In this document: in pieces, positions 44,439 to 54,216 of the stretch
Numbering within the stretch: the first letter of the stretch is position 1
How the letters are laid out: each line of letters starts with the position of its first letter
Virus record (IMG/VR): IMGVR_UViG_3300008120_000059
Location: 1 to 64,000 of that record
From: a virus
Taxonomy: Duplodnaviria; Heunggongvirae; Uroviricota; Caudoviricetes
Direction: 5' to 3' (one strand)
Length of the DNA stretch: 64,000 nt
Notes under the pieces: generated by a model
What the model saw: only the letters and a program-made list of their open reading frames with translations
Database searches by the model: none
What the model was told of the DNA's origin: nothing
Translations under genes and position numbers: made by a program

Positions 44439-45764
44439 TTAATTACTTAAGGGTGCTTTAATCGATGGGTGTGATTGATAATTTTCGATTTGAAAATCCT
44501 TATTTTCCAAATGAGTTATTAAAGATGAGTCTTCAGATAATGATTTATAAAATTCATCGGTCTTCATATGTTTTAGTTTGGGTAATTTATAAGGTTCTCT
44601 TGTGTATCGTGGTATTTTATATATCTCATAATATTCAGACATACCTCCACCAAATGGTGCTAAGTCTTTCAACGCACTTTTATAACCATTAGGACCCATC
44701 GCCTCTTTTAACATACCTTCTCTCTCTTCATGTGTATACTTTCTACCGATTTGTTCTCTTGCTTGTTCAACATGGTTACTATACAAATGAGTATCACCTA
44801 AATTACCAATCAACTCATCAGGTACCATATTTACTTCTTTAGCAATAATCTCAAGTAACAAACCGTAAGAAGCAATATTGAATGGTAGACCTAAGAATGT
44901 GTCTACTGAGCGTTGATTCCACATTAAAGAGATTGCTCGTTTAGGAACTCTTAAACTATCCATGTGAACATCGTGATAATCACTACTTTGATTTAAAGGG
45001 TCTTTTGTTGAGTTATAATAATTAATCCTTTCATCTAAACTCAACTCTCTCGTATAAACTTGAAATCCATAATGACAAGGTGGAAGAACCATTTGGTCCA
45101 GCTCTCCAACATTCCAAGCATTGACCATTAATCGTCTTGAGTCTGGATTTGTTTTAAGGTCGTTGATTAGGTTTGTGATTTGGTCTATTGAATTGTTTTG
45201 GTATTCTATTTTGACACCATACTTGGTAACATCTTCACCGATTTCAATTGCTTTTAGTACTCTGTGTTGGTCAGAACCTTTTACATCCTTTAAGTCGTAA
45301 TTAGTCACATTCTTTCTACCCCATCTTCTCCATTGCTTACCATACACAGGTCCGAGGTCACCCCACTTCTTAGCAAACTCATCATCGGTTTTTATTTTGT
45401 TGATGAATTCTTCTTTTGTTAATCGAAATCCTAACTCTAACATTTTTTCTTTTGACATATTAGGTAAGATTTTGGCATCTTCAATTAGATAGTTCTTATA
45501 CGCATCACCATCCCAAATATGACAATTGTTATCAACAAGGAACTTGATGTTTGTATCACCACGAAGGAACCATAACAATTCGGTTACCATCGTCTTCCAC
45601 GCCATTTTCTTGGTTGTAAGTAATGGAAACCCATCGGACATTTTATGACGGATTGTATAACCAAAAATAGATTTGGTTCCTGTACCTGTACGGTCTTTCT
45701 TTTCTACCCCATAATCTATAATAGTTTGGAGTAAGTCTGTGTATTGTTTATCTAATTTGTTCAT
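44439..45764 (-). CDS. thyA: thymidylate synthase (ThyA-type; or related dUMP hydroxymethylase) with three ~35 aa insertions and C-terminal extension
   Basis: DLGPVYGKQWR, SRRLMVNAWN, LPPCHYGFQVY, PFNIASYGLLLEIIA, GDTHLYSNH signature blocks; 441 aa vs about 265-320 typical. Confidence 0.8.
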   Translation of the reverse strand: MNKLDKQYTDLLQTIIDYGVEKKDRTGTGTKSIFGYTIRHKMSDGFPLLTTKKMAWKTMVTELLWFLRGDTNIKFLVDNNCHIWDGDAYKNYLIEDAKILPNMSKEKMLELGFRLTKEEFINKIKTDDEFAKKWGDLGPVYGKQWRRWGRKNVTNYDLKDVKGSDQHRVLKAIEIGEDVTKYGVKIEYQNNSIDQITNLINDLKTNPDSRRLMVNAWNVGELDQMVLPPCHYGFQVYTRELSLDERINYYNSTKDPLNQSSDYHDVHMDSLRVPKRAISLMWNQRSVDTFLGLPFNIASYGLLLEIIAKEVNMVPDELIGNLGDTHLYSNHVEQAREQIGRKYTHEEREGMLKEAMGPNGYKSALKDLAPFGGGMSEYYEIYKIPRYTREPYKLPKLKHMKTDEFYKSLSEDSSLITHLENKDFQIENYQSHPSIKAPLSN

Positions 45765-46378
45765 TACTCAAATGTTTGAATTTTTGCGTCTACTTCTTTT
45801 AATTCAGACCACGTTCCAAGATACGTAATCGCTCTGACTTTTCTATTATCAATCCACACATATTCTTGGTCATCTTTGATTCTTGGTTTGTCCATAACCA
45901 ATCCGTGATATTTAAAACCTTTTTCTTTTAACCATGTTTCGGTTACTTCACGGTCTTTACTTTCACGAGCGGTAAAAAATGTAATTACATTTCCCTCATC
46001 GTACCATTTGTTGATGATACCCAACGCGTTTGGGTAATGGTTAGCTGTCGGATAAAGATGTGAATCTTCATTTTTAATGTCGTCACAAATTGTCCCATCA
46101 ATATCAATCAGAAAAACCCGACTAACCATTTTTTGCGTTATTATGATGTCAGCAATTGTACTATGAAAAATATCATCGTACATTACTTGACAATTTGTTT
46201 TTAAAACATACTCGACTTCATCACCGTCTTTTACATCATATTTTCCGCTTTTTATTTTTTCTAAAGTTTCTTTTGATGCTTCAAAATTCTTTGATGAATC
46301 TTCAGAAACAATAAACCATCCTTCGACACTGTTAATAAGTTCGTCAGATTTTTTTTGATATATTAATTTACCTTTCAT
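45764..46378 (-). CDS. HAD-like phosphatase domain protein (204 aa)
   Basis: VFLIDIDGTICDD (DxDGT) motif in C-terminal half. Confidence 0.5.
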   Translation of the reverse strand: MKGKLIYQKKSDELINSVEGWFIVSEDSSKNFEASKETLEKIKSGKYDVKDGDEVEYVLKTNCQVMYDDIFHSTIADIIITQKMVSRVFLIDIDGTICDDIKNEDSHLYPTANHYPNALGIINKWYDEGNVITFFTARESKDREVTETWLKEKGFKYHGLVMDKPRIKDDQEYVWIDNRKVRAITYLGTWSELKEVDAKIQTFE

Positions 46379-46772
46379 TTCTAACCCATTTTCTATCTGA
46401 ATTTAATGTAAAAGCACCAATAAAATCGTCACCCCGATTCCAATCTTTTGGTGATAATAATGATAATGTATTTACACCATTAAAATTATATAAGTAATAT
46501 GTTTCACCAACAATTGGGTCAAAAGAAATTTTTGATTCCCAAACCATTATTGAATCCACATACTCTCTTTGAAGTTTTTCTATTGATTGAATGATTTCTT
46601 CTCTTTGACGATTAAAGACATCAATCATTTTTTTTGAGGACTCTTTTTTTACGAGACCCACATTAGGTAATTCAAATTTTGGCGAACCGATACTGGTAGG
46701 ATAATGCTTTCTATTAGCGTCGTACCCATTTGTTTCATCCCAAACAACAATATCAGGTTTCTTTTTATTCAT
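46368..46772 (-). CDS. hypothetical protein (134 aa)
   Basis: ORF. Confidence 0.45.
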   Translation of the reverse strand: MNKKKPDIVVWDETNGYDANRKHYPTSIGSPKFELPNVGLVKKESSKKMIDVFNRQREEIIQSIEKLQREYVDSIMVWESKISFDPIVGETYYLYNFNGVNTLSLLSPKDWNRGDDFIGAFTLNSDRKWVRNER

Positions 46773-46924
46773 CCTCCAAACCGTCCATTAAAGTTACGTC
46801 CCAATCTGAAAAATCGTCACCTAATTCCATACCCAATTTCAAATTTTCCAAAAAATTTTTTTCCCATTCCTCATAAGAAAGATTTGAGTTGGGATTTTGT
46901 TTAATGTAAATTTTATATTGTCTT

Positions 46925-47353
46925 TTAAGGGTTGACATCGTTTTGTTCAGAATCTCTTATGTCAATTAATTTTTGAATTCTACTCCTACCTTTTTCACCA
47001 ATTGGTACCGGATTACCTTCTTCATCAATCCTAACAAACCTTATGTTTGTTTTCAAGATGACAATTTGGTTACCTGTGTAAACATTATGTGCTCTTGCTT
47101 CCATATACAAGGTAACTGAAGTATTCCCTAATTTACTTGGTGACCCGTAAATTTTAATCAACTGACCCTCTTTGGCTGGTTTTTCAAAAAAACATTTATC
47201 AATTGATACGGTAACTAATCTTGGTGAATCACACAATTGCATGGAGTATCCCGCAGCCGCCGCGTCAATCCACGCTAAAAGTTTTCCACCGAATAAATTT
47301 CCGTGGAATCCTAAATCCGACTTTTTTATGGGGTGTGAATTCAAAAATTCCAT
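46925..47353 (-). CDS. hotdog-fold acyl-CoA thioesterase (YciA-like)
   Basis: GNLFGGKLLAWIDAAAAGYSM block. Confidence 0.6.
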   Translation of the reverse strand: MEFLNSHPIKKSDLGFHGNLFGGKLLAWIDAAAAGYSMQLCDSPRLVTVSIDKCFFEKPAKEGQLIKIYGSPSKLGNTSVTLYMEARAHNVYTGNQIVILKTNIRFVRIDEEGNPVPIGEKGRSRIQKLIDIRDSEQNDVNP

Positions 47354-47523
47354 TACTCAAAAGTTATTTGTTCTCTAATAATGTATTCTTTTAATGCGTT
47401 TTCCGCTTCTATTTTAGTTGCAAAAACCCCAATAGTTTGGTCAAATTCTGTTGGGTCGGACACACCAAATTGTCCGTTTAATGTTTCATAAATGAACGTA
47501 TCTAAAATTTGTTGACTTACCAT
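47353..47523 (-). CDS. small protein (56 aa; below ORF-track cutoff)
   Basis: Reverse-strand ORF MVSQQILDTFIYETLNGQFGVSDPTEFDQTIGVFATKIEAENALKEYIIREQITFE; TAATG overlap with thioesterase start. Confidence 0.4.
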   Translation of the reverse strand: MVSQQILDTFIYETLNGQFGVSDPTEFDQTIGVFATKIEAENALKEYIIREQITFE

Positions 47524-47530
47524 AATTAAT

Positions 47531-47695
47531 TTATATTTCTTGATTTTTATTTGATTCCGATTCTTGATTTATTGATTCAGAATTTTTAGTCTCTTGCATT
47601 TTCTTAAATAAATTCATCAATGTGGACTCTTCTCTCTTTAATCTTTGATTACGAGCTTGAACTTTTTTTCTATGTTCTTTGTCTTTTTTTCCCAT
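47531..47695 (-). CDS. small basic protein (54 aa; below ORF-track cutoff)
   Basis: Reverse-strand ORF MGKKDKEHRKKVQARNQRLKREESTLMNLFKKMQETKNSESINQESESNKNQEI. Confidence 0.35.
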   Translation of the reverse strand: MGKKDKEHRKKVQARNQRLKREESTLMNLFKKMQETKNSESINQESESNKNQEI

Positions 47696-47701
47696 GGTAT
47701 T

Positions 47702-48826
47702 TTATTCTTCTTCATCTTTTCGATAACTTTCCAAGAGTTCCTCCCCTGAAAGTGTACCGTATTTATTTACAATTTTTTCGGTGTCTATTTCAACATTCAT
47801 CATGTGATGAACATTATTTAATTCTTCGGCTAATGATAAACTATCACTAATCACTTTAACGATTTTATATGGGTCCGCGTGTGATGCTGGTCTCCTGTCT
47901 TCAAGATAACCCTTCCATGTCTCACCAACGGATTTTGGTACACGGATAGATGCACCTCTGTCTGAGACACCCCAACTAAATTTATCAATAGATTGTGTCT
48001 CAAAATGACCTGTTAATCTCAAATGGTTATCAGAACCATAAGAGTCAATATGTTCTTGTGTTCTTGATTCAAAAGACCTAAAAATTGCATTGAAGTATTG
48101 TTCACCACCCTCTTCTCTCATTTTTTGATTTGAGAAATTTGTATGTAAACCTGAACCGTTCCATTCTCCGTGGGTCATCGGTTTGGGATGTAACTCAATA
48201 GAACGACCATATTTCTCAGCAATTTTATGTAAAAAATATCTACTCATCCATAAATCATCAGAAGCGGCAATTTTACCTGTTGCAAAAATTTGGTATTCCC
48301 ATTGACCTAATGCAACCTCTGAATTGGTTCCCTCCACATTGATGTCATATTTTAAACACATGTTCAAATGTTCATCAGAAATATTTCGACCAACAATATG
48401 TCCACCTACACCACAATAATAAATTCCTTGACCGTCAATGATACCATTTCTTTCAAATCCAAGAATTGGATTATTATGTGAAGAACGAATAAAATATTCC
48501 TGTTCAAATCCAACCCAAAAATTTACATCTTCCTCACCTACTTTTGCTCTATGATTTGATGGATGAATTTCATTATTACCATCTAAAACCTCACATAATA
48601 CATATACTGTATCAAGTGAACTATTTGTATGATATAATTTTACTGGCTTAAGATAACAATCTGAAAAGTTACCTTCCGCTTGTTTAGTTGAGCTTCCGTC
48701 AAACCCCCAATTGGGGATGTGTTTCAATTCAAATGGTGCCGGTAGGTCCACAATTTTTATTTTACTTCTGAGATTTGGCTCAGGGGAATACCCATCAAGC
48801 CATACGTATTCTACTTTTGTTTTCAT
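47702..48826 (-). CDS. glutamine synthetase type II (eukaryote-like GSII)
   Basis: EYVWLDG, NWGFDGSST, GFEQEY, YYCGVG, TNSEVALGQWEYQI, WNGSGLHTNFS, GASIRVP blocks align along the full 374 aa. Confidence 0.8.
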   Translation of the reverse strand: MKTKVEYVWLDGYSPEPNLRSKIKIVDLPAPFELKHIPNWGFDGSSTKQAEGNFSDCYLKPVKLYHTNSSLDTVYVLCEVLDGNNEIHPSNHRAKVGEEDVNFWVGFEQEYFIRSSHNNPILGFERNGIIDGQGIYYCGVGGHIVGRNISDEHLNMCLKYDINVEGTNSEVALGQWEYQIFATGKIAASDDLWMSRYFLHKIAEKYGRSIELHPKPMTHGEWNGSGLHTNFSNQKMREEGGEQYFNAIFRSFESRTQEHIDSYGSDNHLRLTGHFETQSIDKFSWGVSDRGASIRVPKSVGETWKGYLEDRRPASHADPYKIVKVISDSLSLAEELNNVHHMMNVEIDTEKIVNKYGTLSGEELLESYRKDEEE

Positions 48827-49142
48827 TTTTTATAATATATGTTTTTCTGTATCTGAATACCGACCATAAAAATTAAGAATCTCAAAGCCAAACCCCAGCT
48901 TGGTGAGGTTGCACCGGTTTCAAAAAACGTGTCTTTACGGTAGTAAAATATGGGAGTTGGTAAAAGAAACCAATGGTATTTCTTTCTTATTACAAAAAAA
49001 TCCGTGATGTATTTCTTTTCTTTATTTGACATTTTTTTTCTTTTTTAAATAATCTAAAACTATATTGAATGAACCAAGAGAAATTATACCAAATCCAAAA
49101 TATTTTTCAATCTCGGGATTACTGGTGTTCATTCCGTATTTT

Positions 49143-49388
49143 TCAATTATGATTCCCGTCAGAATCATCAGTACGTAAATTATTGTCCTTATATTCATAT
49201 GTTTTTAAGTATTGAATTGTTTTATATAACGTGTGTGTTTCCCTCATGTTAAAAACACCGGAATAATGACCATGTTGTAAACCCATTTCAATAATTTGAA
49301 TTGCCATCTGTGGGTTTAAATTATCTAAAACCATTTCCAATTCATCATTATTGTCAAAATTTAATTGGTCGTTGAATAGTCCTTTCAT
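49143..49388 (-). CDS. hypothetical protein (81 aa)
   Basis: ORF. Confidence 0.4.
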   Translation of the reverse strand: MKGLFNDQLNFDNNDELEMVLDNLNPQMAIQIIEMGLQHGHYSGVFNMRETHTLYKTIQYLKTYEYKDNNLRTDDSDGNHN

Positions 49389-49412
49389 GATATTAAAATA
49401 TAGTAAACAAAT

Positions 49413-49808
49413 ATGATAAAGTCAAATATTTATAAAAATATGTCAGTGATTATTAATAATACAAAGTTCCCTGCGGAATACCTATCCGAACCTGAAGAAA
49501 TTAGTCAAGGTATGATGGGTAGAGATAATTTAAATGGTTGTATGGTTTTTAATATGGGTGGTGTTGGTCACCATTCTTTTTGGATGAAAAACTGTTTAAT
49601 ACCTTTGGATATTGTTTTTGTATTGAAAAATAGAATCAGTAAAATACATAGAAATTGTGAACCCGCTGGTCAAAATGAATTGAACCCAAAAAGATACACC
49701 GGCATAGGTGACCATGTTATTGAGTTTCCCGCCGGTGTTACTGATAAATTTAAAGAAGGTGACCGAGTTAATATGTATTTGGGAACACCTATGAATCCTG
49801 TCCGTTAA
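49413..49808 (+). CDS. DUF192-like protein (131 aa)
   Basis: IPLDIVFV ... block resembles DUF192/COG1430. Confidence 0.45.
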   Translation: MIKSNIYKNMSVIINNTKFPAEYLSEPEEISQGMMGRDNLNGCMVFNMGGVGHHSFWMKNCLIPLDIVFVLKNRISKIHRNCEPAGQNELNPKRYTGIGDHVIEFPAGVTDKFKEGDRVNMYLGTPMNPVR

Positions 49809-49810
49809 TT

Positions 49811-50665
49811 TTATTCTTCAAACATTACCAGTTGTTTCTTTTGGTTATCATAATCAATCAATCTCTGTTGAGATATCTTTGTGTAAGATTCTGATAACTC
49901 AAAACCAATATAATTTCTATTCAGCTTCTTAGCTGACAAAGCGGTGGTTCCACTTCCTGAAAAACAATCAACAATCAGGTCATTTTGATAGGAAAGTATT
50001 TTTATTGCTTTCATTGGGATGTCCATGGAGAATGTGGCTTTAGTTAAAGATTTTGTGTCGTTGAAGTATTTCCATTGACCAAAGACTAATTCCATGAATT
50101 CGTTTTTGTCTTTATCTGAATAAACCCTTTTGTTTTTAAAATTACCTTCCTCGTTTTCGACCTCAATCTGATTATAAGACCATTGAGATATACCTTTTTC
50201 TTTCTTTTTGTAATCTTTCTTATATGCAAGAATTACACATTCTTTTGGATTGTATATGTATGGTGATGATGGTGACATCCAAGAACCCCAAGCGGTTGTT
50301 TTAGAACGGTGTGGAGAATCCTCCTCTAAGTCCACAACACCAAAGAATCCAAAACCAATCTCTTTCATCATCTGCCAATATTCAGATACTAAGAAAATTC
50401 TCCCACCTCTTTCTCTAACGTTTATTTCATATGGTATATTCAAGGCAATTCTACCATCATCTTTTAATGTACGGTAAACTTCGGATAACCATTTCTTACA
50501 CCACTCAAAATACTCATCCATCGGAGCATCGTCTTTGTGCACATCATAACTAATACCGACATTGTACGGTGGACTCGTAACAAAGAGGTCTACAGTACCG
50601 TCATTTAACTCCTTAAACAGTTCTAAGCAGTCACCCTGATAAATTTTATTCATTTCCATTGACAA
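49811..50665 (-). CDS. DNA methyltransferase, beta-class amino-MTase (N4-cytosine/N6-adenine), SPPY motif
   Basis: Motif IV DLFVTSPPYN near N-terminus and motif I VDCFSGSGTT near C-terminus (beta permutation); no adjacent restriction endonuclease. Confidence 0.8.
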   Translation of the reverse strand: MSMEMNKIYQGDCLELFKELNDGTVDLFVTSPPYNVGISYDVHKDDAPMDEYFEWCKKWLSEVYRTLKDDGRIALNIPYEINVRERGGRIFLVSEYWQMMKEIGFGFFGVVDLEEDSPHRSKTTAWGSWMSPSSPYIYNPKECVILAYKKDYKKKEKGISQWSYNQIEVENEEGNFKNKRVYSDKDKNEFMELVFGQWKYFNDTKSLTKATFSMDIPMKAIKILSYQNDLIVDCFSGSGTTALSAKKLNRNYIGFELSESYTKISQQRLIDYDNQKKQLVMFEE

Positions 50666-50746
50666 ATTGTTTTCTATTTATTATTATTACAAAAGATAAC
50701 GAATAAAAAACAATAAACCAAAATATTTATAAAAAAACTTAAAATC

Positions 50747-50932
50747 ATGGGATGCGGATGTAAAAAAAGAAACCAACCTGTTAGTAATCAAACGGTAAAC
50801 ATTCAACTAACCGAAGGTGGTTCAACACCTCCACAGGAGATTACAATTATGGAACAACAACTTGACCAAATCATAAAAAAGGTTGAGGAGATTAACAATC
50901 AAACTAACGAAGAAAACACAGAAGGACAATAA
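50747..50932 (+). CDS. hypothetical protein (61 aa)
   Basis: ORF; first plus-strand gene after divergent region. Confidence 0.35.
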   Translation: MGCGCKKRNQPVSNQTVNIQLTEGGSTPPQEITIMEQQLDQIIKKVEEINNQTNEENTEGQ

Positions 50933-51008
50933 ATTGTATCGGACAGTCTAATAAATTGTCCGATATTTTTTGTCTTTTATAATATATATAAATTTATATA
51001 CTTATATT

Positions 51009-51209
51009 ATGCCTAAACAACAAACAAAACTAACCAGCGTTAACATCATAGATGATGTTTATAAAAGATTTAAGATAAAAAGTGTAGATGGTTCAATCAA
51101 TCTACAAAAATTAGTAAACCGAGCTCTTGACCTATATAACACTAGAGAAGATTTTAGAAAACAAATTGATAATCACAACGGTCTTGCACCAAACGGTTCC
51201 AAATTTTAA
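51009..51209 (+). CDS. hypothetical protein (66 aa; start moved to ATG 51009)
   Basis: Internal ATG gives MPKQQTKLTS... Confidence 0.4.
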   Translation: MPKQQTKLTSVNIIDDVYKRFKIKSVDGSINLQKLVNRALDLYNTREDFRKQIDNHNGLAPNGSKF

Positions 51210-51258
51210 GTTGTGAATTTTATTTCTTATATTATCATCAATATTTTAAAACAAAAAA

Positions 51259-52716
51259 ATGATTACAATAGGTTACAGTACAAGAGAGTCCAACCCAAAA
51301 TTTCAAGAATATTTAAAAAAAACTTGTGGACACCCCAAAGTTCAAGTTATTGAAAAAGTAAACAATGGTGAAAAAAGTCTTTCACAAACTTACAATGAAA
51401 TTATTCAAGAGTCGATTCATGATATTGTCGTACTTTGTCATGATGACATTTACTTTAATACGACTTCGTGGGGTAGAAAATTAGTCAAACATTTTGAAGA
51501 ATCTGACTACGGGATTCTCGGTGTTGCCGGTACAACCAATATTCATGAGAGTGGTAGGTGGTGGACAGATAATACCAAAATGGTTGGTATTGTTAATCAT
51601 GAAAATGAGGGTAAAAAATGGGAATCGAGATATGCAAATGGAATCCCAAATTCAATTCACGAAGTTTGTTTAGTGGATGGTTTATTCATTGGAATCCACA
51701 AAAACAGAATAAAACACACTTTTGATGAGTCAGTACCGGGTTTTCATTTTTATGATATGGTATTCTGTACTAGCAATCACTTAAGTGAGGTAAACATCGG
51801 TGTTATATACAACATAAGAATCACTCACAAATCAATCGGAATGACCAATGATTCTTGGGAAAAGAATAGGGAATTTTACATTGAAAAATTTAAAGAGAAC
51901 CTACCAATTAATATAACACCAAAAATTGATTATGACATAACCAAACCAAAACAGTTTAAAGATAAATTTAATTTAATAGTTCAAACATCAAACGATAATG
52001 AAAATTTAATTCAGTTTTTTGAAAACATAAAAAAATTACCAGTGTTTGATAGTTTACAGATTTCACTCATCTCGACGGATACCAATATAGACAATATTAG
52101 AGAATTTGAATCTGAAAATATTAAAATTTACGAGGGTTTTTTTGATACATTAAATAAAAACTTATCAGTACTGAAATGGGATGAATCGTTTATGGAATCA
52201 AAAACAGATTTGTTATTTTTCAGTAATGATACTGTTACCGTATTGAACGACGTTTTCTCAAGTATGTATTCAATATTTAAGAGTGAAAAAAATACTTTTG
52301 GGTGCGTCTTTCCTACAGTATTAGAAAACGACCGAACAATTTTTTCAAATGGATTGGATATAGTTCAAAACAACGAACAGTTCAATTTAATTTTTAAAAA
52401 CAAATCATCTTTTTTCAATATTTTACACGGACACTTTCCAAACAATTTTGGTAGTATTAGTGACTTTTTTGCCACTACATCTACAAATTTAAAAATGATT
52501 GATTGGTTTGATATTAATTTAGAAACATCAATTTATAACTTAGATTTTGCGTTGAAAACTTTACTTAAAAAACGTAAAACATTCATTGACACAAACAGTG
52601 TGGTAATGATTGATATGGCATCAAAATTTGAAAAGGTTGATGTTGAATTAAAACAAGTCTTAGGTCAGTACATAAACTCACCTGAAATTAGAAAAAATAT
52701 CAAACAATTAAGATGA
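51259..52716 (+). CDS. two-domain putative glycosyltransferase (485 aa); N-terminal GT-A-like
   Basis: N-terminal Rossmann-like region with VVLCHDD (DxD-like); first gene of glycan island. Confidence 0.5.
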   Translation: MITIGYSTRESNPKFQEYLKKTCGHPKVQVIEKVNNGEKSLSQTYNEIIQESIHDIVVLCHDDIYFNTTSWGRKLVKHFEESDYGILGVAGTTNIHESGRWWTDNTKMVGIVNHENEGKKWESRYANGIPNSIHEVCLVDGLFIGIHKNRIKHTFDESVPGFHFYDMVFCTSNHLSEVNIGVIYNIRITHKSIGMTNDSWEKNREFYIEKFKENLPINITPKIDYDITKPKQFKDKFNLIVQTSNDNENLIQFFENIKKLPVFDSLQISLISTDTNIDNIREFESENIKIYEGFFDTLNKNLSVLKWDESFMESKTDLLFFSNDTVTVLNDVFSSMYSIFKSEKNTFGCVFPTVLENDRTIFSNGLDIVQNNEQFNLIFKNKSSFFNILHGHFPNNFGSISDFFATTSTNLKMIDWFDINLETSIYNLDFALKTLLKKRKTFIDTNSVVMIDMASKFEKVDVELKQVLGQYINSPEIRKNIKQLR

Positions 52717-53492
52717 TAAAAATTGTATCGGGATTTACAGAAAAAGGTGGTTCTACCACTTTTTTTATAAACTTAACAAATTTCTTAAATGAAAATGGTA
52801 TTGATTGCACATTTTACGGTAATCAGAATTACCATTTAGACAAATGTAAATCAGGGAACATTGAAAAAGATTTAAAGTATGAATCTGATGATATTGTAAT
52901 TACCCATTTTTTACAACTACAGGAAAGACCACCTGTTAAAAAAGTTATTTTGTCTTGTCATGAAAAATGGTGGTTCCCTGTTGGTAAAATTAAACAGTAT
53001 TGGGACCTGTGCGTGTTTTTACATGAAGAGCATCGAAAATATCACTCGGATTACAGGGGTGATTATGTAATAATACCAAACATCAAAGAAAATTTAATTA
53101 TTTCAAATAAAGAGCTGGTAAGAAATATTGCAGGAATTATTGGTACAATTGAAGACAGAAAACAGACCCATGTGTCAATACAAAGAGCATTAAAAGACAG
53201 GTGTGAAAAAATCTATTTGTTCGGTCACATCGGTGACCAAAACTATTTTGACAAATTGGTAAAACCTTTAATGAATCCAAGAGTAATTCATTACGGTCAC
53301 ACCACCAATAAACAAGAAATGTACGATATGATTGGTAAGGTATATCACTCATCAAAGGGTGAGGTTGCTTGTTTGGTTAAAGATGAATGTTATTTAACCG
53401 GTACAGAGTTTTATGGTAATGAAGAGACTATGAATGAAGTTTCTAAATTAAGTAACGAAGAGATATTAACACTTTGGAAAAACATATTTTAA
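52713..53492 (+). CDS. compact GT-B-like putative glycosyltransferase (259 aa)
   Basis: GGSTTFFINLTNFLNENG N-terminal and ...YHSSKGE... C-terminal blocks; weak. Confidence 0.4.
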   Translation: MIKIVSGFTEKGGSTTFFINLTNFLNENGIDCTFYGNQNYHLDKCKSGNIEKDLKYESDDIVITHFLQLQERPPVKKVILSCHEKWWFPVGKIKQYWDLCVFLHEEHRKYHSDYRGDYVIIPNIKENLIISNKELVRNIAGIIGTIEDRKQTHVSIQRALKDRCEKIYLFGHIGDQNYFDKLVKPLMNPRVIHYGHTTNKQEMYDMIGKVYHSSKGEVACLVKDECYLTGTEFYGNEETMNEVSKLSNEEILTLWKNIF

Positions 53493-53493
53493 A

Positions 53494-54216
53494 ATGAAGA
53501 TACACGCACATATACTGTCATGGAATGAAGAAAAAATATTACCATTCACATTGGATTACTATAGTACAATCTGTGAAAAAATATTCATATACGATAATAT
53601 GTCAACGGACTCCTCTGATGAGATTTATAAGAGGTACCCAAAAGTTGAGGTTATTAAATGGGATAGTGGTAATGAAATAAATGAAATTAATTACGTAAAC
53701 ATTAAATCCGAAGAGTATAAAAAAAGAAGTAGAGGTCAGGGTGTTGATTGGGTTATAGTTTGTGACTGTGATGAGTTTATATACCATGAAAATCTTATGG
53801 ATAAACTTCAAGAGTACAAAGAAATGGGTATAACCGTCCCAAGAATAGACGGTCACGACATGGTTAGTACTGAATTTCCAATATACGACGGTGAATTCAT
53901 TACAACAAAAATTAAAACAGGTTCACAAACGTATGAACCAATGTGTAAAAATATAATTTTTCATCCTGATTTAGATATAAAATACGGCATTGGTGGTCAC
54001 AGTTTTAATTCTGTTGATGGTAAATTTTCGGATGAGCGGGAAATAAAACTTCTTCACTATAAATTCTTGGGTAAAGACTACGTGAAGAACATTTACATTT
54101 CAAGAGCAAAGAGATTGTCATCGTTCAATAAACAACATAAATTCGGTGAACATTATTTTAATTTACCATTCAATTACATGGACAGCATGTTAAAAGAAAA
54201 TTATCAAGTTATATGA
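53494..54216 (+). CDS. GT-A-fold glycosyltransferase (Glyco_tranf_2_4-like)
   Basis: ILSWNEEKILPFTLDYY ... IYDNMSTDSSDEI ... CDCDEF. Confidence 0.5.
   Translation: MKIHAHILSWNEEKILPFTLDYYSTICEKIFIYDNMSTDSSDEIYKRYPKVEVIKWDSGNEINEINYVNIKSEEYKKRSRGQGVDWVIVCDCDEFIYHENLMDKLQEYKEMGITVPRIDGHDMVSTEFPIYDGEFITTKIKTGSQTYEPMCKNIIFHPDLDIKYGIGGHSFNSVDGKFSDEREIKLLHYKFLGKDYVKNIYISRAKRLSSFNKQHKFGEHYFNLPFNYMDSMLKENYQVI

Noticed and set aside
48823-49032. ORF 48823..49032 (69 aa) upstream of glutamine synthetase
   Set aside because: Low-complexity, overlaps the GS start region and has poor composition. More likely the 5' UTR/promoter of the GS gene.
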